Positions 9,919-20,870 of a DNA stretch of 64,000 bases are shown here, in pieces. The stretch spans positions 2,675,553-2,739,552 of the forward strand of contig OZ271855.1 in the NCBI GenBank assembly GCA_965601955.1. Reading direction: 5' to 3'. The translations under genes and the position numbers were made by a program. Under the pieces are notes generated by a model, which was not told the DNA's origin, searched no databases, and was given only the letters and a program-made list of their open reading frames with translations. The first letter of the stretch is position 1; each line of letters begins with the position of its first letter. This DNA comes from Balneolaceae bacterium. Lineage in GTDB: Bacteria > Bacteroidota > Rhodothermia > Balneolales > Balneolaceae.

Positions 9919-10908
9919 TTAAATACTCCACTTTACGTAAGTAGCTCCCCAGGTAAATCCGCCTCCAAAAGCAGCCAGAACCAGGTTATCACCCTTATTT
10001 AAAGAATCCTTCCAGTCATAAAGACAAAGTGGAATGGTTGCAGCTGTGGTATTTCCATAGCGACCTATATTGATCATCACTTTGTCAGAAGAAATACCCA
10101 TACGATTTGCCGTAGCATCAATGATTCTCAAATTAGCCTGATGTGGAACTAACCAGGCAACATCATCGGCAGAAAGATTATTCTTTTCCATGATCTCTAA
10201 AGAAACGTCAGCCATTCCCATAGTAGCTTTTTTGAACACAGAACGACCATCTTGCCTGATTGAATGCATTCTCTTATCTACTGTTTCATGAGATGCCGGA
10301 AGTAGGCTACCACCTGCGGGTTGGTATAATGCACAGTTCGTATCACCTTCGGTATAGTGAATATTATCAATAATACCTGTTTCATCATCTGAAGCTTCTA
10401 AAAGTACTGCTCCTGCTCCATCACCAAAAAGAATGCAGGTAGTACGGTCGCTCCAGTCTAGAATTGAAGACATTTTATCTGCTCCAATCACCAGTACTTT
10501 TTCAGCATTACCACTTTCAATGAAGGAAGCACCTGTTGTAAGTGCATATAAAAACCCGGAACAAGCAGCCGAGATGTCAAAAGCGAAAGCATTTTTAGCT
10601 CCGATCTTTTCCTGAACAAGACATGCTGTAGCAGGAAACATATAATCAGGAGTAACAGTAGCTACAATAACGATATCAACCTCTTCAGGAGAAACGCCCG
10701 CCTGTTCTAATGCTTCTTTAGCTGCTTTTTGCCCCATGTATGAAGTTGCTTTATCAGGGTCTTTAAGAATTCGACGTTCGGAAATTCCCGTCCTTGTTCG
10801 AATCCATTCATCGTTTGTATCAACTATCTTTTCTAGATCGAAGTTTGTCAAACGATCTTCAGGTAGGAAATGCCCTACTGAAGAAATCTTAGCTCTTCTT
10901 ACTTCCAT
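9919..10908 (-). CDS. fabH: 3-oxoacyl-ACP synthase III
   Basis: AACSGF catalytic Cys, HQANLRI, GNTTAATIP. Confidence 0.9.
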   Translation of the reverse strand: MEVRRAKISSVGHFLPEDRLTNFDLEKIVDTNDEWIRTRTGISERRILKDPDKATSYMGQKAAKEALEQAGVSPEEVDIVIVATVTPDYMFPATACLVQEKIGAKNAFAFDISAACSGFLYALTTGASFIESGNAEKVLVIGADKMSSILDWSDRTTCILFGDGAGAVLLEASDDETGIIDNIHYTEGDTNCALYQPAGGSLLPASHETVDKRMHSIRQDGRSVFKKATMGMADVSLEIMEKNNLSADDVAWLVPHQANLRIIDATANRMGISSDKVMINIGRYGNTTAATIPLCLYDWKDSLNKGDNLVLAAFGGGFTWGATYVKWSI

Positions 10909-10918
10909 ATGGAATTTA

Positions 10919-11902
10919 TCAATTTAGAGATGCGACAATTTTGCCATTTACATCGTTTTCGATGCAGCTAATGGCACTTTTAATCATATTTTTTATTGCC
11001 AAAGGAGTACTTCCTCCGTGCCCAACAAGGCTCACTCCGTTTACCCCGAGAAAAGGTATTCCGCCAACGGTTTCATAGTTGAAGGGGCTCAATGCTGTTT
11101 TAAGAATCTTTTGTGCACCCATTACCTGTTCAGCTTCCATATTTAATTGCTGTACCGCTGATTTAACAAGTACCATGATAGTTTCAGGGATTGATTCACC
11201 AAACTTCAATAAAATATTCCCAACCAGACCGTCTGTCAGGTAAACATCTGCTTTTCCTGGAAATATATCTCTGCCTTCAACATTGCCCACAAAACCTTCT
11301 AAAGATTTTAGGTGTTTATTTATTTCTTTGAGAGCCTCTGTACCCTTTTCTTCTTCTTCCCCGACATTAAGAAGCCCTACTTTAGGGTTTTCAATACTCA
11401 ATATTTCTTCACAGAATATTTGCCCCATCTTTGCAAATTGAAAAGCCATTTCGGGACGCACTTCCAGGTTAGCTCCAGCATCAACCAACAGCCTAAAGCC
11501 TTTTAGTGTTGGGTAGTAAGAAGCGATAGTTGGCCGGGAAACTCCTTCCAATTTCCCAAGAATAAAGGTAGAAGCCGCAAGTAAAGCGCCGGTATTACCA
11601 GCACTTACGAAGCCATCACATTTACCCGCTTTATGTAAACCCAGTCCTATTGCAATAGAAGAATTCCTTTTGTTCTTAACAGCACTGGCAGGAGATTCTT
11701 CCATACCAATAACTTCAGGAGCATCTTGTACAAATACCCTGGACGAGTCGTACTCATGCTTAGCAAGTTCGCTGTTAATAATACCTTCCGGACCGACTAA
11801 AATAATAGACAGGGAGTCAATTTCACTTAGAGCAGAAAGAGCCCCTTCAACAGGATTTTTGGGAAAAAAATCACCACCTGCCGCATCTATTGCAATAATC
11901 AT
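10919..11902 (-). CDS. plsX: phosphate acyltransferase PlsX
   Basis: 327 aa. IAIDAAGGD and LLVDAGAN motifs. Canonical position between rpmF and fabH. Confidence 0.9.
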   Translation of the reverse strand: MIIAIDAAGGDFFPKNPVEGALSALSEIDSLSIILVGPEGIINSELAKHEYDSSRVFVQDAPEVIGMEESPASAVKNKRNSSIAIGLGLHKAGKCDGFVSAGNTGALLAASTFILGKLEGVSRPTIASYYPTLKGFRLLVDAGANLEVRPEMAFQFAKMGQIFCEEILSIENPKVGLLNVGEEEEKGTEALKEINKHLKSLEGFVGNVEGRDIFPGKADVYLTDGLVGNILLKFGESIPETIMVLVKSAVQQLNMEAEQVMGAQKILKTALSPFNYETVGGIPFLGVNGVSLVGHGGSTPLAIKNMIKSAISCIENDVNGKIVASLN

Positions 11903-11908
11903 AGGAGA

Positions 11909-12088
11909 TTAGTTAGCGATATTTATAACCTGTCTTCCTCTGTAATAGCCACACTCTGGGCAAGCATGGTGGTATCTGTGTAGCGTTCCGCAATTTGAAC
12001 ATTTTGCAAGCGTAACGTCTGCAATTGCATGATGAGATCTTCTTTTATCTCTTCTCGCTTTCGAAGTTTTTCGCTTTGGATGTGCCAT
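11909..12088 (-). CDS. rpmF: 50S ribosomal protein L32
   Basis: Absent from the ORF track (59 aa, below cutoff). My translation is MAHPKRKTSKARRDKRRSHHAIADVTLAKCSNCGTLHRYHHACPECGYYRGRQVINIAN. It has the L32 N-terminus and a CxxC...CxxC zinc ribbon, and lies between the yceD-like gene and plsX. Confidence 0.85.
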   Translation of the reverse strand: MAHPKRKTSKARRDKRRSHHAIADVTLAKCSNCGTLHRYHHACPECGYYRGRQVINIAN

Positions 12089-12105
12089 TTATCTTATGAA
12101 CTTAA

Positions 12106-12612
12106 TTATTTCTTTAATGCTTTTAATGCTTCCCATCTTGGATCAACGTAATCTTCATCATTTTCATCTGAGCTTTCTCCAAAAGTTTGAGAAAAGGACT
12201 CTTTAGGATTACCATCTTCATCCAAAAAACGGGGATGTAATTTCTTTGTAGGTACATTTACAAGAATTGTGTCGAGCACATCTTGTTCTATGTTTATCTG
12301 TTTAGATGCATGATCAATATTCCGAATAGCCGTCTGCTGATCTATCGACTCTTCTACTTGTTCTTGTTTGAATAAAACCTGGTATTCTGTTTTTACCTGG
12401 TAGGGATATTCGTCTAAAGAACGATCACAAGTTAGCACTACTGATATATCTAGTGCCAACTGCACCTGGATAAAGTGAGTGGTTCTGTTGAAATCGATAT
12501 GTATTGTTCCGGATTGAAGTGATACTTCACCGAGATCGAGATCACCTTTATTAAGCTGAACACTTCTCTCACTCTTACCTTCAGGAATTTCAAAGATCTT
12601 AAACTTAAACAT
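12106..12612 (-). CDS. YceD/DUF177 family protein
   Basis: 168-aa acidic protein in the conserved position directly upstream of rpmF-plsX. Confidence 0.7.
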   Translation of the reverse strand: MFKFKIFEIPEGKSERSVQLNKGDLDLGEVSLQSGTIHIDFNRTTHFIQVQLALDISVVLTCDRSLDEYPYQVKTEYQVLFKQEQVEESIDQQTAIRNIDHASKQINIEQDVLDTILVNVPTKKLHPRFLDEDGNPKESFSQTFGESSDENDEDYVDPRWEALKALKK

Positions 12613-12664
12613 AGCATGTCTCCGTACAGCCGCAAAAGATAAGGATAAAACGATTGTTGTACAA

Positions 12665-13300
12665 TCAATTAAACAAGCCGTAAAGTCGCTGTTCTATCAG
12701 GGCTATTATTTTCCCGAGATCTTCCGGATCGTTTACAAAATCGAGGTCATCGGTATCAATAATGAGCTTTTCGTAGGGGTACCGATCAATCCAATCTTCG
12801 TAAAGACGATTCAATCGCTCCAAATAATCAATCCGAATAGTATTCTCGTAATCTCTCCCGCGTTGCTGAATCTGCTTAACCAGCGTTGGAACTTGTGCTC
12901 TCAGGTATATTAACAAATCAGGTGGGCGTAGGTAATGGCTCATTTCTCTAAAAAGAGCTTCGTAGTTTTCGAAGTCACGATCGCTCATTAGATTCATTTC
13001 ATGAAGGTTCTTTGCGAATATCTCCACATCTTCATAAATGGTACGATCCTGAATGAGGCTTATCTCCTGTTGAAGCATTTCTTTTTGATGCCGGAATCGG
13101 CTAGACAAAAAATAAATCTGAAGATTAAAGCTCCATCGAAGCATGTCTTCGTAGAAGTCGGCCAGGTAAGGGTTATCCTCAACAGATTCGTAAAAGGCTT
13201 CCCAGTTAAAATGTTTAGAAAGCAACCCTGTCAGGGAGGATTTTCCAGCCCCAATGTTACCTGCTACTGCTATATATTTTGAATTTTTCTTTGTTCCCAA
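12665..13300 (-). CDS. deoxynucleoside kinase
   Basis: P-loop AGNIGAGKSS, DRTIYED, and RGRDYE lid-like motif. TTG start; no in-frame ATG near the 5' end. Confidence 0.8.
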   Translation of the reverse strand: MGTKKNSKYIAVAGNIGAGKSSLTGLLSKHFNWEAFYESVEDNPYLADFYEDMLRWSFNLQIYFLSSRFRHQKEMLQQEISLIQDRTIYEDVEIFAKNLHEMNLMSDRDFENYEALFREMSHYLRPPDLLIYLRAQVPTLVKQIQQRGRDYENTIRIDYLERLNRLYEDWIDRYPYEKLIIDTDDLDFVNDPEDLGKIIALIEQRLYGLFN

Positions 13301-13308
13301 AATTGGCC

Positions 13309-14598
13309 TTAACTTTCTTTTCCAAGAAGACGGTACATCGCTTTTTTGTAATCTTCAACCCCTGGTTGATTAAAAGGATTAACGCCGAGGCTATATACAA
13401 AAACTCCTGTCATTAGTTCAAAGAAGTAAATGAGCTCACCAATGTTTTGCTCGTTCAATGCTTCAATAGTAATGTTCACAATGGGAACATTGCCTTCCTG
13501 GTGGGCTTCTGTAGTACCTTCCCTGGCACTGGTATTAATTTCGTGAAAGGATTTTCCGGATAAATAATTCAGTTTATCATCATCCCCTTCCAGGCTTGTA
13601 ACTTCAATAGAAGAAAAGGATTTTTCAACGATGATGAAGGTTTCCATTACACTTCTCTTACCCTGCTGAATAAACTGCCCAAGGCTGTGCAAATCTGTTG
13701 AATAATTAGCTACTGCTGGAAATATCCCCTTTCCTTCTTTTCCTTCACTTTCTCCTAAAAGCTGCTGTATCCAACCTCCAAAGGATGAAAGCTCAGGCTC
13801 AAAACAAGCAAACACATCAATGGTTTTTCCCTCTTCATGAAGGGCATTTCTAAGTGTTGCATACTCCAGGATATCTTCGGCGTCATTCTCATACCTTTGG
13901 TATGCTGAAACCGCACCATAAAACAATGTTTTGATATCGATTCCTGATACAGCTATTGGGAGCAGACCTACCGGAGTCAATACAGAAAACCTTCCTCCTA
14001 CATCATCAGGAATAATAAACTTTCGATAACCCTTTGCTTCAATTTGGGGGTTAAGGACTCCCCCTTTTTCACTGGTAGTACAAATGATACGTTTTGTAGC
14101 ATCACCATACATCCCTTCTAATACTTCTCGAATGGCCCTAAATGAAAGTGCGGTCTCTAATGTCGAGCCCGATTTTGATATTACATTTATATAAATGCTT
14201 TTCTTCGAGCCATCAGCTTTAGGGGCTTTTAAATAGGAAAGAAGTTCTTCAAGATACTTACCTCCCATATGATGCCCGGCATATAATATTTCGGGGCCTG
14301 TTTTATCAAAATGGGGAGTTAATGCTTCTATCACTGCTTTAGCCCCAAGGTAAGAGCCGCCGATTCCGCACACGATAAATACATCCGCATTAGAACGAAT
14401 CTGACCAGCCAATTCCGATATTTGGGTTAGCTCCGCATCATTAGGGCTCGCTAAAATGTCTCGCCATCCCAACCACTCAGAACCGGGCCCGGTTTTTGTT
14501 TTAAGTTGCTCAAGACCTATATCCGCTCTTGTTCTTGCTCTTATGTAGGACTCATCTCTTAAAAATGAGCGCGCTATTCTAACATCTGCTGTAATCAT
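13309..14598 (-). CDS. pgi: glucose-6-phosphate isomerase (short ~430-aa type)
   Basis: 429 aa. GIGGSYLG and SKSGSTLET SIS-domain motifs. Confidence 0.85.
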   Translation of the reverse strand: MITADVRIARSFLRDESYIRARTRADIGLEQLKTKTGPGSEWLGWRDILASPNDAELTQISELAGQIRSNADVFIVCGIGGSYLGAKAVIEALTPHFDKTGPEILYAGHHMGGKYLEELLSYLKAPKADGSKKSIYINVISKSGSTLETALSFRAIREVLEGMYGDATKRIICTTSEKGGVLNPQIEAKGYRKFIIPDDVGGRFSVLTPVGLLPIAVSGIDIKTLFYGAVSAYQRYENDAEDILEYATLRNALHEEGKTIDVFACFEPELSSFGGWIQQLLGESEGKEGKGIFPAVANYSTDLHSLGQFIQQGKRSVMETFIIVEKSFSSIEVTSLEGDDDKLNYLSGKSFHEINTSAREGTTEAHQEGNVPIVNITIEALNEQNIGELIYFFELMTGVFVYSLGVNPFNQPGVEDYKKAMYRLLGKES

Positions 14599-14608
14599 TT
14601 TACTATTC

Positions 14609-15598
14609 TTATCGAAGTAACTTTGCTAATTCTATGAGGGTGTAGTCAAGTGTTTTCTTCTTGGAAACTGCTACACGCATCGGGGTAATTTTCAGAGCAT
14701 TATTTACAATACCTACCATAATCTCACTATGACCTTCTAGAAGTACTTTTACTGCTGAAGCTCCCAACCTGCTGGCTAACACTCGATCATGTGCCGAAGG
14801 TCTTCCCCCTCTTTGGATGTGCCCAAGGATACATACCTTCATATCATACTGTTGAAAATCTTCCTTAATATTTTCAGAAAGCTTCAACGCACCGCCGGTT
14901 TCATCTCCTTCTGCCACAACAATCAAACTGCTTCTTTTTTGTTCCTTAAGCATATTGTGAAGTTGCGATTTAATCTCTTTAAGATCAGTGAGCTCCTCTG
15001 GCAGTAGTACCAGTTCTGCGCCACATGCGATGGCTGTCTCTAAAGCAATAAATCCTGTATCCCGGCCCATTACTTCAACAAGAAACATACGTTCATGGGC
15101 ATCCGCGGTATCCCGGATTTTATCGATAGCTTCTAGTGCTGTATTCAGAGCCGTGTCGTATCCGATTGTTTCGTCAGTACCAATAATGTCATTATCAATG
15201 GTCCCGGGGATTCCTACCACATTTATACCATGCTCATTGCTGAGAATATTCGCTCCGGTAAATGTACCATCTCCTCCAATAACCACAAGAGCATCAATAT
15301 TTCTTTCTTTTAATTGCTCCGCAGCTTTTTGCCGACCTTCGGGAGTACGGAAATCATCAGAACGAGCAGATTTTAAAATAGTGCCCCCTCTCTGGATGAT
15401 ATTTGAAACAAAATTGGAATTTACTTTCTCGAATTCCCCTTCAATTAGCCCTTGATAGCCATGATAAACTGCGTAAACATTTACATCAAAAGCTTTGGCA
15501 GTGCGAACGACGGCTCTCACTGCTGCGTTCATTCCGGGAGAGTCTCCACCACTTGTAAGTACCGCAATGGTCTTAATTTCAGACAATGGTTGAATCAT
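14609..15598 (-). CDS. pfkA: ATP-dependent 6-phosphofructokinase
   Basis: TSGGDSPGMNAA, GGDGT, PGTIDND, MGR motifs. Confidence 0.9.
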   Translation of the reverse strand: MIQPLSEIKTIAVLTSGGDSPGMNAAVRAVVRTAKAFDVNVYAVYHGYQGLIEGEFEKVNSNFVSNIIQRGGTILKSARSDDFRTPEGRQKAAEQLKERNIDALVVIGGDGTFTGANILSNEHGINVVGIPGTIDNDIIGTDETIGYDTALNTALEAIDKIRDTADAHERMFLVEVMGRDTGFIALETAIACGAELVLLPEELTDLKEIKSQLHNMLKEQKRSSLIVVAEGDETGGALKLSENIKEDFQQYDMKVCILGHIQRGGRPSAHDRVLASRLGASAVKVLLEGHSEIMVGIVNNALKITPMRVAVSKKKTLDYTLIELAKLLR

Positions 15599-15704
15599 TT
15601 GGTTGTAAATACTATGAGTTGAGTGAGTAATTACCCTAAAATATTATGCTGGATAATAACTAATTTAAAGGGCACGCAAGTTTAAGAAAATTTGAACACT
15701 TTTA

Positions 15705-16724
15705 ATGATCGATAGTGTAGAACTACAAAGAATTAATACGGAGACGGTTTCAAGGAAATCTCTTTCGGAAATTACTGCTCCCGTTTCCTCTGATTTACAG
15801 GAGTTTAGAGACTTTTTTAAATCGACGATCCGATCAGATGTGTTCTTATTAGATCAGATTATTTCCTATTTGCTGAAGCAGAAAGGGAAAGAGATTCGCC
15901 CCACACTTGTATTCATGAGTGCTAACCTTTTCGGTGGGATAAATCAAAGGAGCCACATTGCTGCTACAATGATCGAGCTGTTGCACACAGCAACCCTTAT
16001 TCACGATGATGTGGTTGATGATGCTAATTCTCGCCGGGGTTTTGTAAGCATCAATAAGATCTGGAGAAATAAAGCCGGAGTATTATTGGGGGACTTTCTG
16101 CTTTCAAAAGGACTACTGATCGCACTGGAGAATGAGGAACACACCTTACTTAAAGTCCAATCGAAGGCCGTTCAAAAAATGAGTGAAGGGGAGCTTAGAC
16201 AGTTAAAAACAGCTGGCCTCTTCAATATGACTGAAGAACGATATTTCCAGATTATCTCTGAGAAAACTGCCAGTTTAATATCTACGTGCTGCGAGTGTGG
16301 AGCTGTTTCTGCAAGTGATGACCCAAAAATGCATACGCTGATGAGCAATATAGGAATGTGTATTGGTATTGCTTTCCAAATAAGAGACGACCTTTTTGAT
16401 TATGGTGTATACGATATTGGAAAACCAACCAGAAACGACATTCAGGAGCGAAAAGTAACACTACCCCTTATTAAAGCCCTTGAACACAGCCCTAAAAAAC
16501 AAGCGGCCCATATACGGGCATTGATGAAAAAACGGAAAAAGAAATCGCGGGAAGTAGACGAGATTGTGAATTTTGTACATGACAACGGAGGTATGGATTA
16601 TGCAAAATCCATCATGTATGACTATGCAAACAGAGCCATTTCTGAGCTAGAAAAGATTCCCTACTCCGATCGGATCCAGGATTTTGTCGACCTGATTCAT
16701 TTCATCATAACCAGAAAGAAGTAA
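15705..16724 (+). CDS. polyprenyl diphosphate synthase (IspB-like)
   Basis: First and second Asp-rich motifs LIHDDVVDD and FQIRDDLFD. Confidence 0.85.
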   Translation: MIDSVELQRINTETVSRKSLSEITAPVSSDLQEFRDFFKSTIRSDVFLLDQIISYLLKQKGKEIRPTLVFMSANLFGGINQRSHIAATMIELLHTATLIHDDVVDDANSRRGFVSINKIWRNKAGVLLGDFLLSKGLLIALENEEHTLLKVQSKAVQKMSEGELRQLKTAGLFNMTEERYFQIISEKTASLISTCCECGAVSASDDPKMHTLMSNIGMCIGIAFQIRDDLFDYGVYDIGKPTRNDIQERKVTLPLIKALEHSPKKQAAHIRALMKKRKKKSREVDEIVNFVHDNGGMDYAKSIMYDYANRAISELEKIPYSDRIQDFVDLIHFIITRKK

Positions 16725-16727
16725 TGG

Positions 16728-17507
16728 ATGACTGAACGCGAGCATTTGTTCATTTCAGACGTTCATTTAGGCGCCTTTTCACCATCAGAAGAAAAGGAAG
16801 TTGAACATCGCTTAATAACTCTCATTGATTATGCCATTAGAGAAAGGGCACAATTCTATATACTGGGAGATCTATTCGATTATTGGATGGAATATCCCCA
16901 TCTGAATTTTGTACCTGCTTTGGGTGAAGAGGTACTGGATAAATTTGAGGAATATAATAGAACCATCTCCCCTGCCATTTTTATAACCGGAAATCATGAT
17001 AACTGGGACTTTGGGCATTTCCGAAAAAAAGGATTTGATGTAGAACCCAATTACCGTATTGAGAGTATTAATGGAAAAAGGGTTTTATTAATGCATGGAG
17101 ATGGGCAGTTTGGAAAAAGAAGTGATTTCATTCGCCCAACCTATCACAGGTTTCTGCGAAATGTATCCTTTACAAAAATATATCAACGACTTTTTCCTCC
17201 TCCTTTGGGCCTAAGCCTTATGAGGAAATTTTCCAATCTAACCAGAACGAGGAATTACAGGAACCCTATACCTCTCTCAAACCACGCTAAAGAAATTTTG
17301 GCTTCAAGGGATATCGATCTTGTACTTTGTGGGCACGATCATATTCCACGAGTGGAAACTTTTTCGCGTGGCCAGTATATAAATCTTGGAACATTTTTTA
17401 ACCATGGTACATTGGTACGATATAAGAATGATGCTTTTGAACTCGTTACCTGGCACAAAGAAACTCAGGAATTCGTACCTTTTCTCGCAAATTCAGTAGA
17501 AGCATGA
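16728..17507 (+). CDS. lpxH: UDP-2,3-diacylglucosamine hydrolase-like metallophosphoesterase
   Basis: ISDVHLG, GDLFDYW, GNHD, HGD, GHDH calcineurin-like motifs in LpxH order and size (259 aa). Confidence 0.7.
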   Translation: MTEREHLFISDVHLGAFSPSEEKEVEHRLITLIDYAIRERAQFYILGDLFDYWMEYPHLNFVPALGEEVLDKFEEYNRTISPAIFITGNHDNWDFGHFRKKGFDVEPNYRIESINGKRVLLMHGDGQFGKRSDFIRPTYHRFLRNVSFTKIYQRLFPPPLGLSLMRKFSNLTRTRNYRNPIPLSNHAKEILASRDIDLVLCGHDHIPRVETFSRGQYINLGTFFNHGTLVRYKNDAFELVTWHKETQEFVPFLANSVEA

Positions 17508-19843
17508 GCAATTCGGAAAACAATCCTATAGATCATCATCGGTATTTCAACGATCCAGAGTACCGAAAGGAAATTCTAGCTCAGAAGAAATCCTCGACCC
17601 CTCCTCCCTCTTCAAAAAAAGATGCTGATCCAGCTATAGGAAAGAAAATACTTGGAGTACTTGGCATTATTTTGCTAGTAGGTATGATTGGTGTTGGCGG
17701 ATATGTGTACTTCCTTTTTCAAGGATTACCTTCTATTGCTCAATTAGAGAATCCAGAAACTGCTATTGCCACCGAGGTGCGCAGCCGGGACGGTGCAGTC
17801 TTAGACAAATACTATACACAAAACCGTACCTGGGTTCGATACGATCAAATATCACCTCATGCCGTTGACGCCCTGGTGGCTACTGAAGATCATCGATTTT
17901 ATGATCACTGGGGAATGGATATGATTAGGACACTAGCCATCCCCTACCATGTATTGAGAGGAGAGCCTCAAGGAGGTTCCACATTAAGCCAGCAATTAGC
18001 GAGAAACCTTTATAAAGAAATTGGGCTGGCTTTTTCGATTTCCAGGAAATTCCGGGAGATGATCACCGCTGTACAAATCGAACGGAATTACACAAAGCGA
18101 GAAATTATTGAGATGTACCTCAATACGGTAGAGTATCCGAACAGTGCCTTTGGTATTGAAGCAGCTTCGAGAACTCATTTCAATAAATCAGCAAGCGAGT
18201 TAACTCTTTCTGAATCAGCGACCCTTGTTGGCTCCGTTAATGCTGTGTATGCCTACAACCCCCGACTCTTCCCCGAGCGCTCAAAATCAAGAAGAGATAT
18301 CGTTTTGTATTTGATGAATCAACAAGGATTCATTTCTCAAGCTCAAAAAGAACAACTACAAGCCGTACCTATTCAGCTGGACTATCAACCCCCTTCAAAA
18401 GCAGGTAGAGTAAGCCGCTACTTTGGAGAATATGTACGACAAAAAGTATCTGGCTGGGCTGAAGAAAACGGGTATGATCTTTACACTGATGGGCTAGTCA
18501 TTTATACCACTATTGATTCTAAGCTTCAGGCTTATGCTGAAAAAGCGATGCGAACAAAGCTGGATTCTTTACAAAAGATTTTCGAATCCGAGTGGACTAC
18601 CAGAGGAAGTGGAATTTACATGGATAAGCTTTGGGAAGAATTTCCAGGGTTTAAAGACAGCTTTTTAAGAGATACCGATGAGTATAAAAACGGATTCCAA
18701 AAATGGGATACCAAAATTGAACGGGTAGTGTTCGACAGCCTAAAGGCAGATTCCATGTTTGTGGATTCAGTGATGAAATCGCGAACTCGCCTGGAAGCAG
18801 GATTTGTGGCCATAGAACCTTCTAATGGCAATATTCTTGCCTGGGTAGGCGGTTCCAACTATGGGAATGTGCAATTTGATCATGTATACCAATCGCGCCG
18901 GCAAGCTGGATCAACCTTCAAACCATTTGTTTACTCGGTAGCTATCGATAATGGCTTTAAACCCTATCATAAATTCTCAAAATACCCCACCAAATATTAT
19001 GACCGATCTGGTAATGTATGGGCTCCCAAAGACCAAACTGTATCAGATGGGCCTATAATGGTACCCCTTCGGCAAGCTTTGGCTCGTAGCCTGAACAATA
19101 TAACTGTTCGTCTGCTTCCTGAGATTGCCGGATACCCTGGAACGAACAAATTGTGGGAGCTTGACCCGGCAGCTCGAAAGATTAAGCAAATGGCTTCTAA
19201 TCTTGGTATCGACATGAGTAATACCCCAGCCTACCCTTCTATTGCATTGGGAACGGCAGAAGTCAGCTTGCTTGAAATTACAAGTGCCTATACTACTTTT
19301 GCTAATGCAGGTGTTCATATAGACCCAATAGCCATTACCAGGATCGAAGATAAAGAAGGAAATATTTTAGTGGAGTATTTCCCTGAATACCGCCAGGAGG
19401 TAATTAGTCCGGAAACTGCGTATATCATGACTGATATGATGCGTGGTGTGATTCGAGGTGGAGATGGTTACCATGGCACCGGGGTAAGATTAAGGAATGT
19501 ATATGGCGTTCGACAAGATATTGCCGGTAAAACCGGAACCACACAAAACTCAGCAGATAACTGGTTTGTTGGCATGACCCCTCATATTGTGATGGGTGCA
19601 TGGGTAGGTGGAGAAGACCGCAGAATCCGCTTCCCAACCGATAACCCAAACAGTATCGGACAGGGTGCTCGCTCTGCCCTCCCTATTGTTGGCCAGTTTA
19701 TCAATTTTGTTACTGCTGATAAAGATGCTTATTGGGGATATGACGCTTTTGAACCTCCTCCTGGTTTTGTGATGCCAGAAGATCCAGAGGCTACCCAAAA
19801 TGAGTTGTTAAGAGATAACAACCGGGGTAGGATTGGGTGGTAA
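17504..19843 (+). CDS. mrcA: bifunctional penicillin-binding protein 1A (glycosyltransferase/transpeptidase)
   Basis: GT51 motifs EDHRFYDHWG and GGSTLSQQLARN. Transpeptidase motifs STFK, SLN, KTGTT. 4-nt overlap with lpxH. Confidence 0.9.
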   Translation: MSNSENNPIDHHRYFNDPEYRKEILAQKKSSTPPPSSKKDADPAIGKKILGVLGIILLVGMIGVGGYVYFLFQGLPSIAQLENPETAIATEVRSRDGAVLDKYYTQNRTWVRYDQISPHAVDALVATEDHRFYDHWGMDMIRTLAIPYHVLRGEPQGGSTLSQQLARNLYKEIGLAFSISRKFREMITAVQIERNYTKREIIEMYLNTVEYPNSAFGIEAASRTHFNKSASELTLSESATLVGSVNAVYAYNPRLFPERSKSRRDIVLYLMNQQGFISQAQKEQLQAVPIQLDYQPPSKAGRVSRYFGEYVRQKVSGWAEENGYDLYTDGLVIYTTIDSKLQAYAEKAMRTKLDSLQKIFESEWTTRGSGIYMDKLWEEFPGFKDSFLRDTDEYKNGFQKWDTKIERVVFDSLKADSMFVDSVMKSRTRLEAGFVAIEPSNGNILAWVGGSNYGNVQFDHVYQSRRQAGSTFKPFVYSVAIDNGFKPYHKFSKYPTKYYDRSGNVWAPKDQTVSDGPIMVPLRQALARSLNNITVRLLPEIAGYPGTNKLWELDPAARKIKQMASNLGIDMSNTPAYPSIALGTAEVSLLEITSAYTTFANAGVHIDPIAITRIEDKEGNILVEYFPEYRQEVISPETAYIMTDMMRGVIRGGDGYHGTGVRLRNVYGVRQDIAGKTGTTQNSADNWFVGMTPHIVMGAWVGGEDRRIRFPTDNPNSIGQGARSALPIVGQFINFVTADKDAYWGYDAFEPPPGFVMPEDPEATQNELLRDNNRGRIGW

Positions 19844-19880
19844 GCACTACACTTCCTTTTTCAGTAAAATCTTTAGGGGT

Positions 19881-20870
19881 ATGAAGTCTATTGCATCAAT
19901 CTCTTTGATAGCATTTATTGTTTTTTTGACAGGTTGTAGGGATACCAATAGTGATTCTGAAATAGAAACAACATTTGGAATTCGACATGATAAGGTGCTT
20001 TCTGACTATGAAGGTATAGTAACCAGTAATGATCCGGGTCTCCCAAATTTTTCATCAGTAGTTTTTTTCAGCTACAGCCTAGATGGAAGTGATAATGAAG
20101 AATTTGTTGCAACTGGAACTCTAATCGATGAAGAATGGATTTTAACCGCTGGGCATAATTTTTATGATAGTGCAGAACAAGAAAACCCTGCTCCTGTAAG
20201 TGGGATTACTGTGTTAACAGGTAATGATCCTAATAATCCCGGTGGAGAATACACTGTTTCGCAAATTGTATTACACCCTACCTGGCTTGCTGGTGATCAA
20301 GAATATGGTGATGCCAATGATCTATGCTTAGTAAAGCTTTCAACTCCTATTATTACACTGACTCCTGTACCTCTTCACACCTCTGGTGAGGAACCAATCG
20401 GAAGTACGGTTTGGTTTGCTGGTTTTGGAGATTACTCCAGTACAGCTGGACAGAACCCTGAACTATTCTCAAAAAAGCACGCCCTGGAAAATGTTTTGGA
20501 CAGGGAAGCTGACGGTTTTCAAACCTCGTCAAACGGAATTACTTACGAAGGAGGCTTATTAGCTTTTGATTTTGATGACCCTTCTGGGAGTATTAATTCA
20601 TTGGGAGATAACACTATTAATGAAGATGAAAATCTATTAGGAGATGGCTCTAGTTCGCCGGACGCTTTAGAGTTTGAAGGAACTACGGTAGAGGGTGATA
20701 GCGGTGGACCGTTATTTATTTTTCATCAAGGGAGATGGGAGCTAGCAGGTGTATTATCAGGTGGAGCCTCGGAGCCTATAAATAATCATGTCGACAGTAG
20801 TTATGGTGACATAAGCATATTTACCAGGGTATCAACTGCCTCAGAATGGATTCAGTCGATCATTGATTGA
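19881..20870 (+). CDS. trypsin-fold (S1 family) serine protease, probable lipoprotein
   Basis: Triad contexts WILTAGHNF, NDLCLVKL, EGDSGGPLF. Signal peptide with lipobox LTGC. The track ORF starts at 19833 on a non-ATG codon; the first ATG is at 19881. Confidence 0.75.
   Translation: MKSIASISLIAFIVFLTGCRDTNSDSEIETTFGIRHDKVLSDYEGIVTSNDPGLPNFSSVVFFSYSLDGSDNEEFVATGTLIDEEWILTAGHNFYDSAEQENPAPVSGITVLTGNDPNNPGGEYTVSQIVLHPTWLAGDQEYGDANDLCLVKLSTPIITLTPVPLHTSGEEPIGSTVWFAGFGDYSSTAGQNPELFSKKHALENVLDREADGFQTSSNGITYEGGLLAFDFDDPSGSINSLGDNTINEDENLLGDGSSSPDALEFEGTTVEGDSGGPLFIFHQGRWELAGVLSGGASEPINNHVDSSYGDISIFTRVSTASEWIQSIID

Noticed and set aside
5936-12612. The fatty-acid synthesis cluster with rnc fused at zero spacing to fabF, and yceD-rpmF at the head.
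   Set aside because: This is a widely conserved bacterial arrangement (yceD-rpmF-plsX-fabHDG-acpP-fabF), and rnc adjacency is common in this lineage. It is ordinary core-genome structure.
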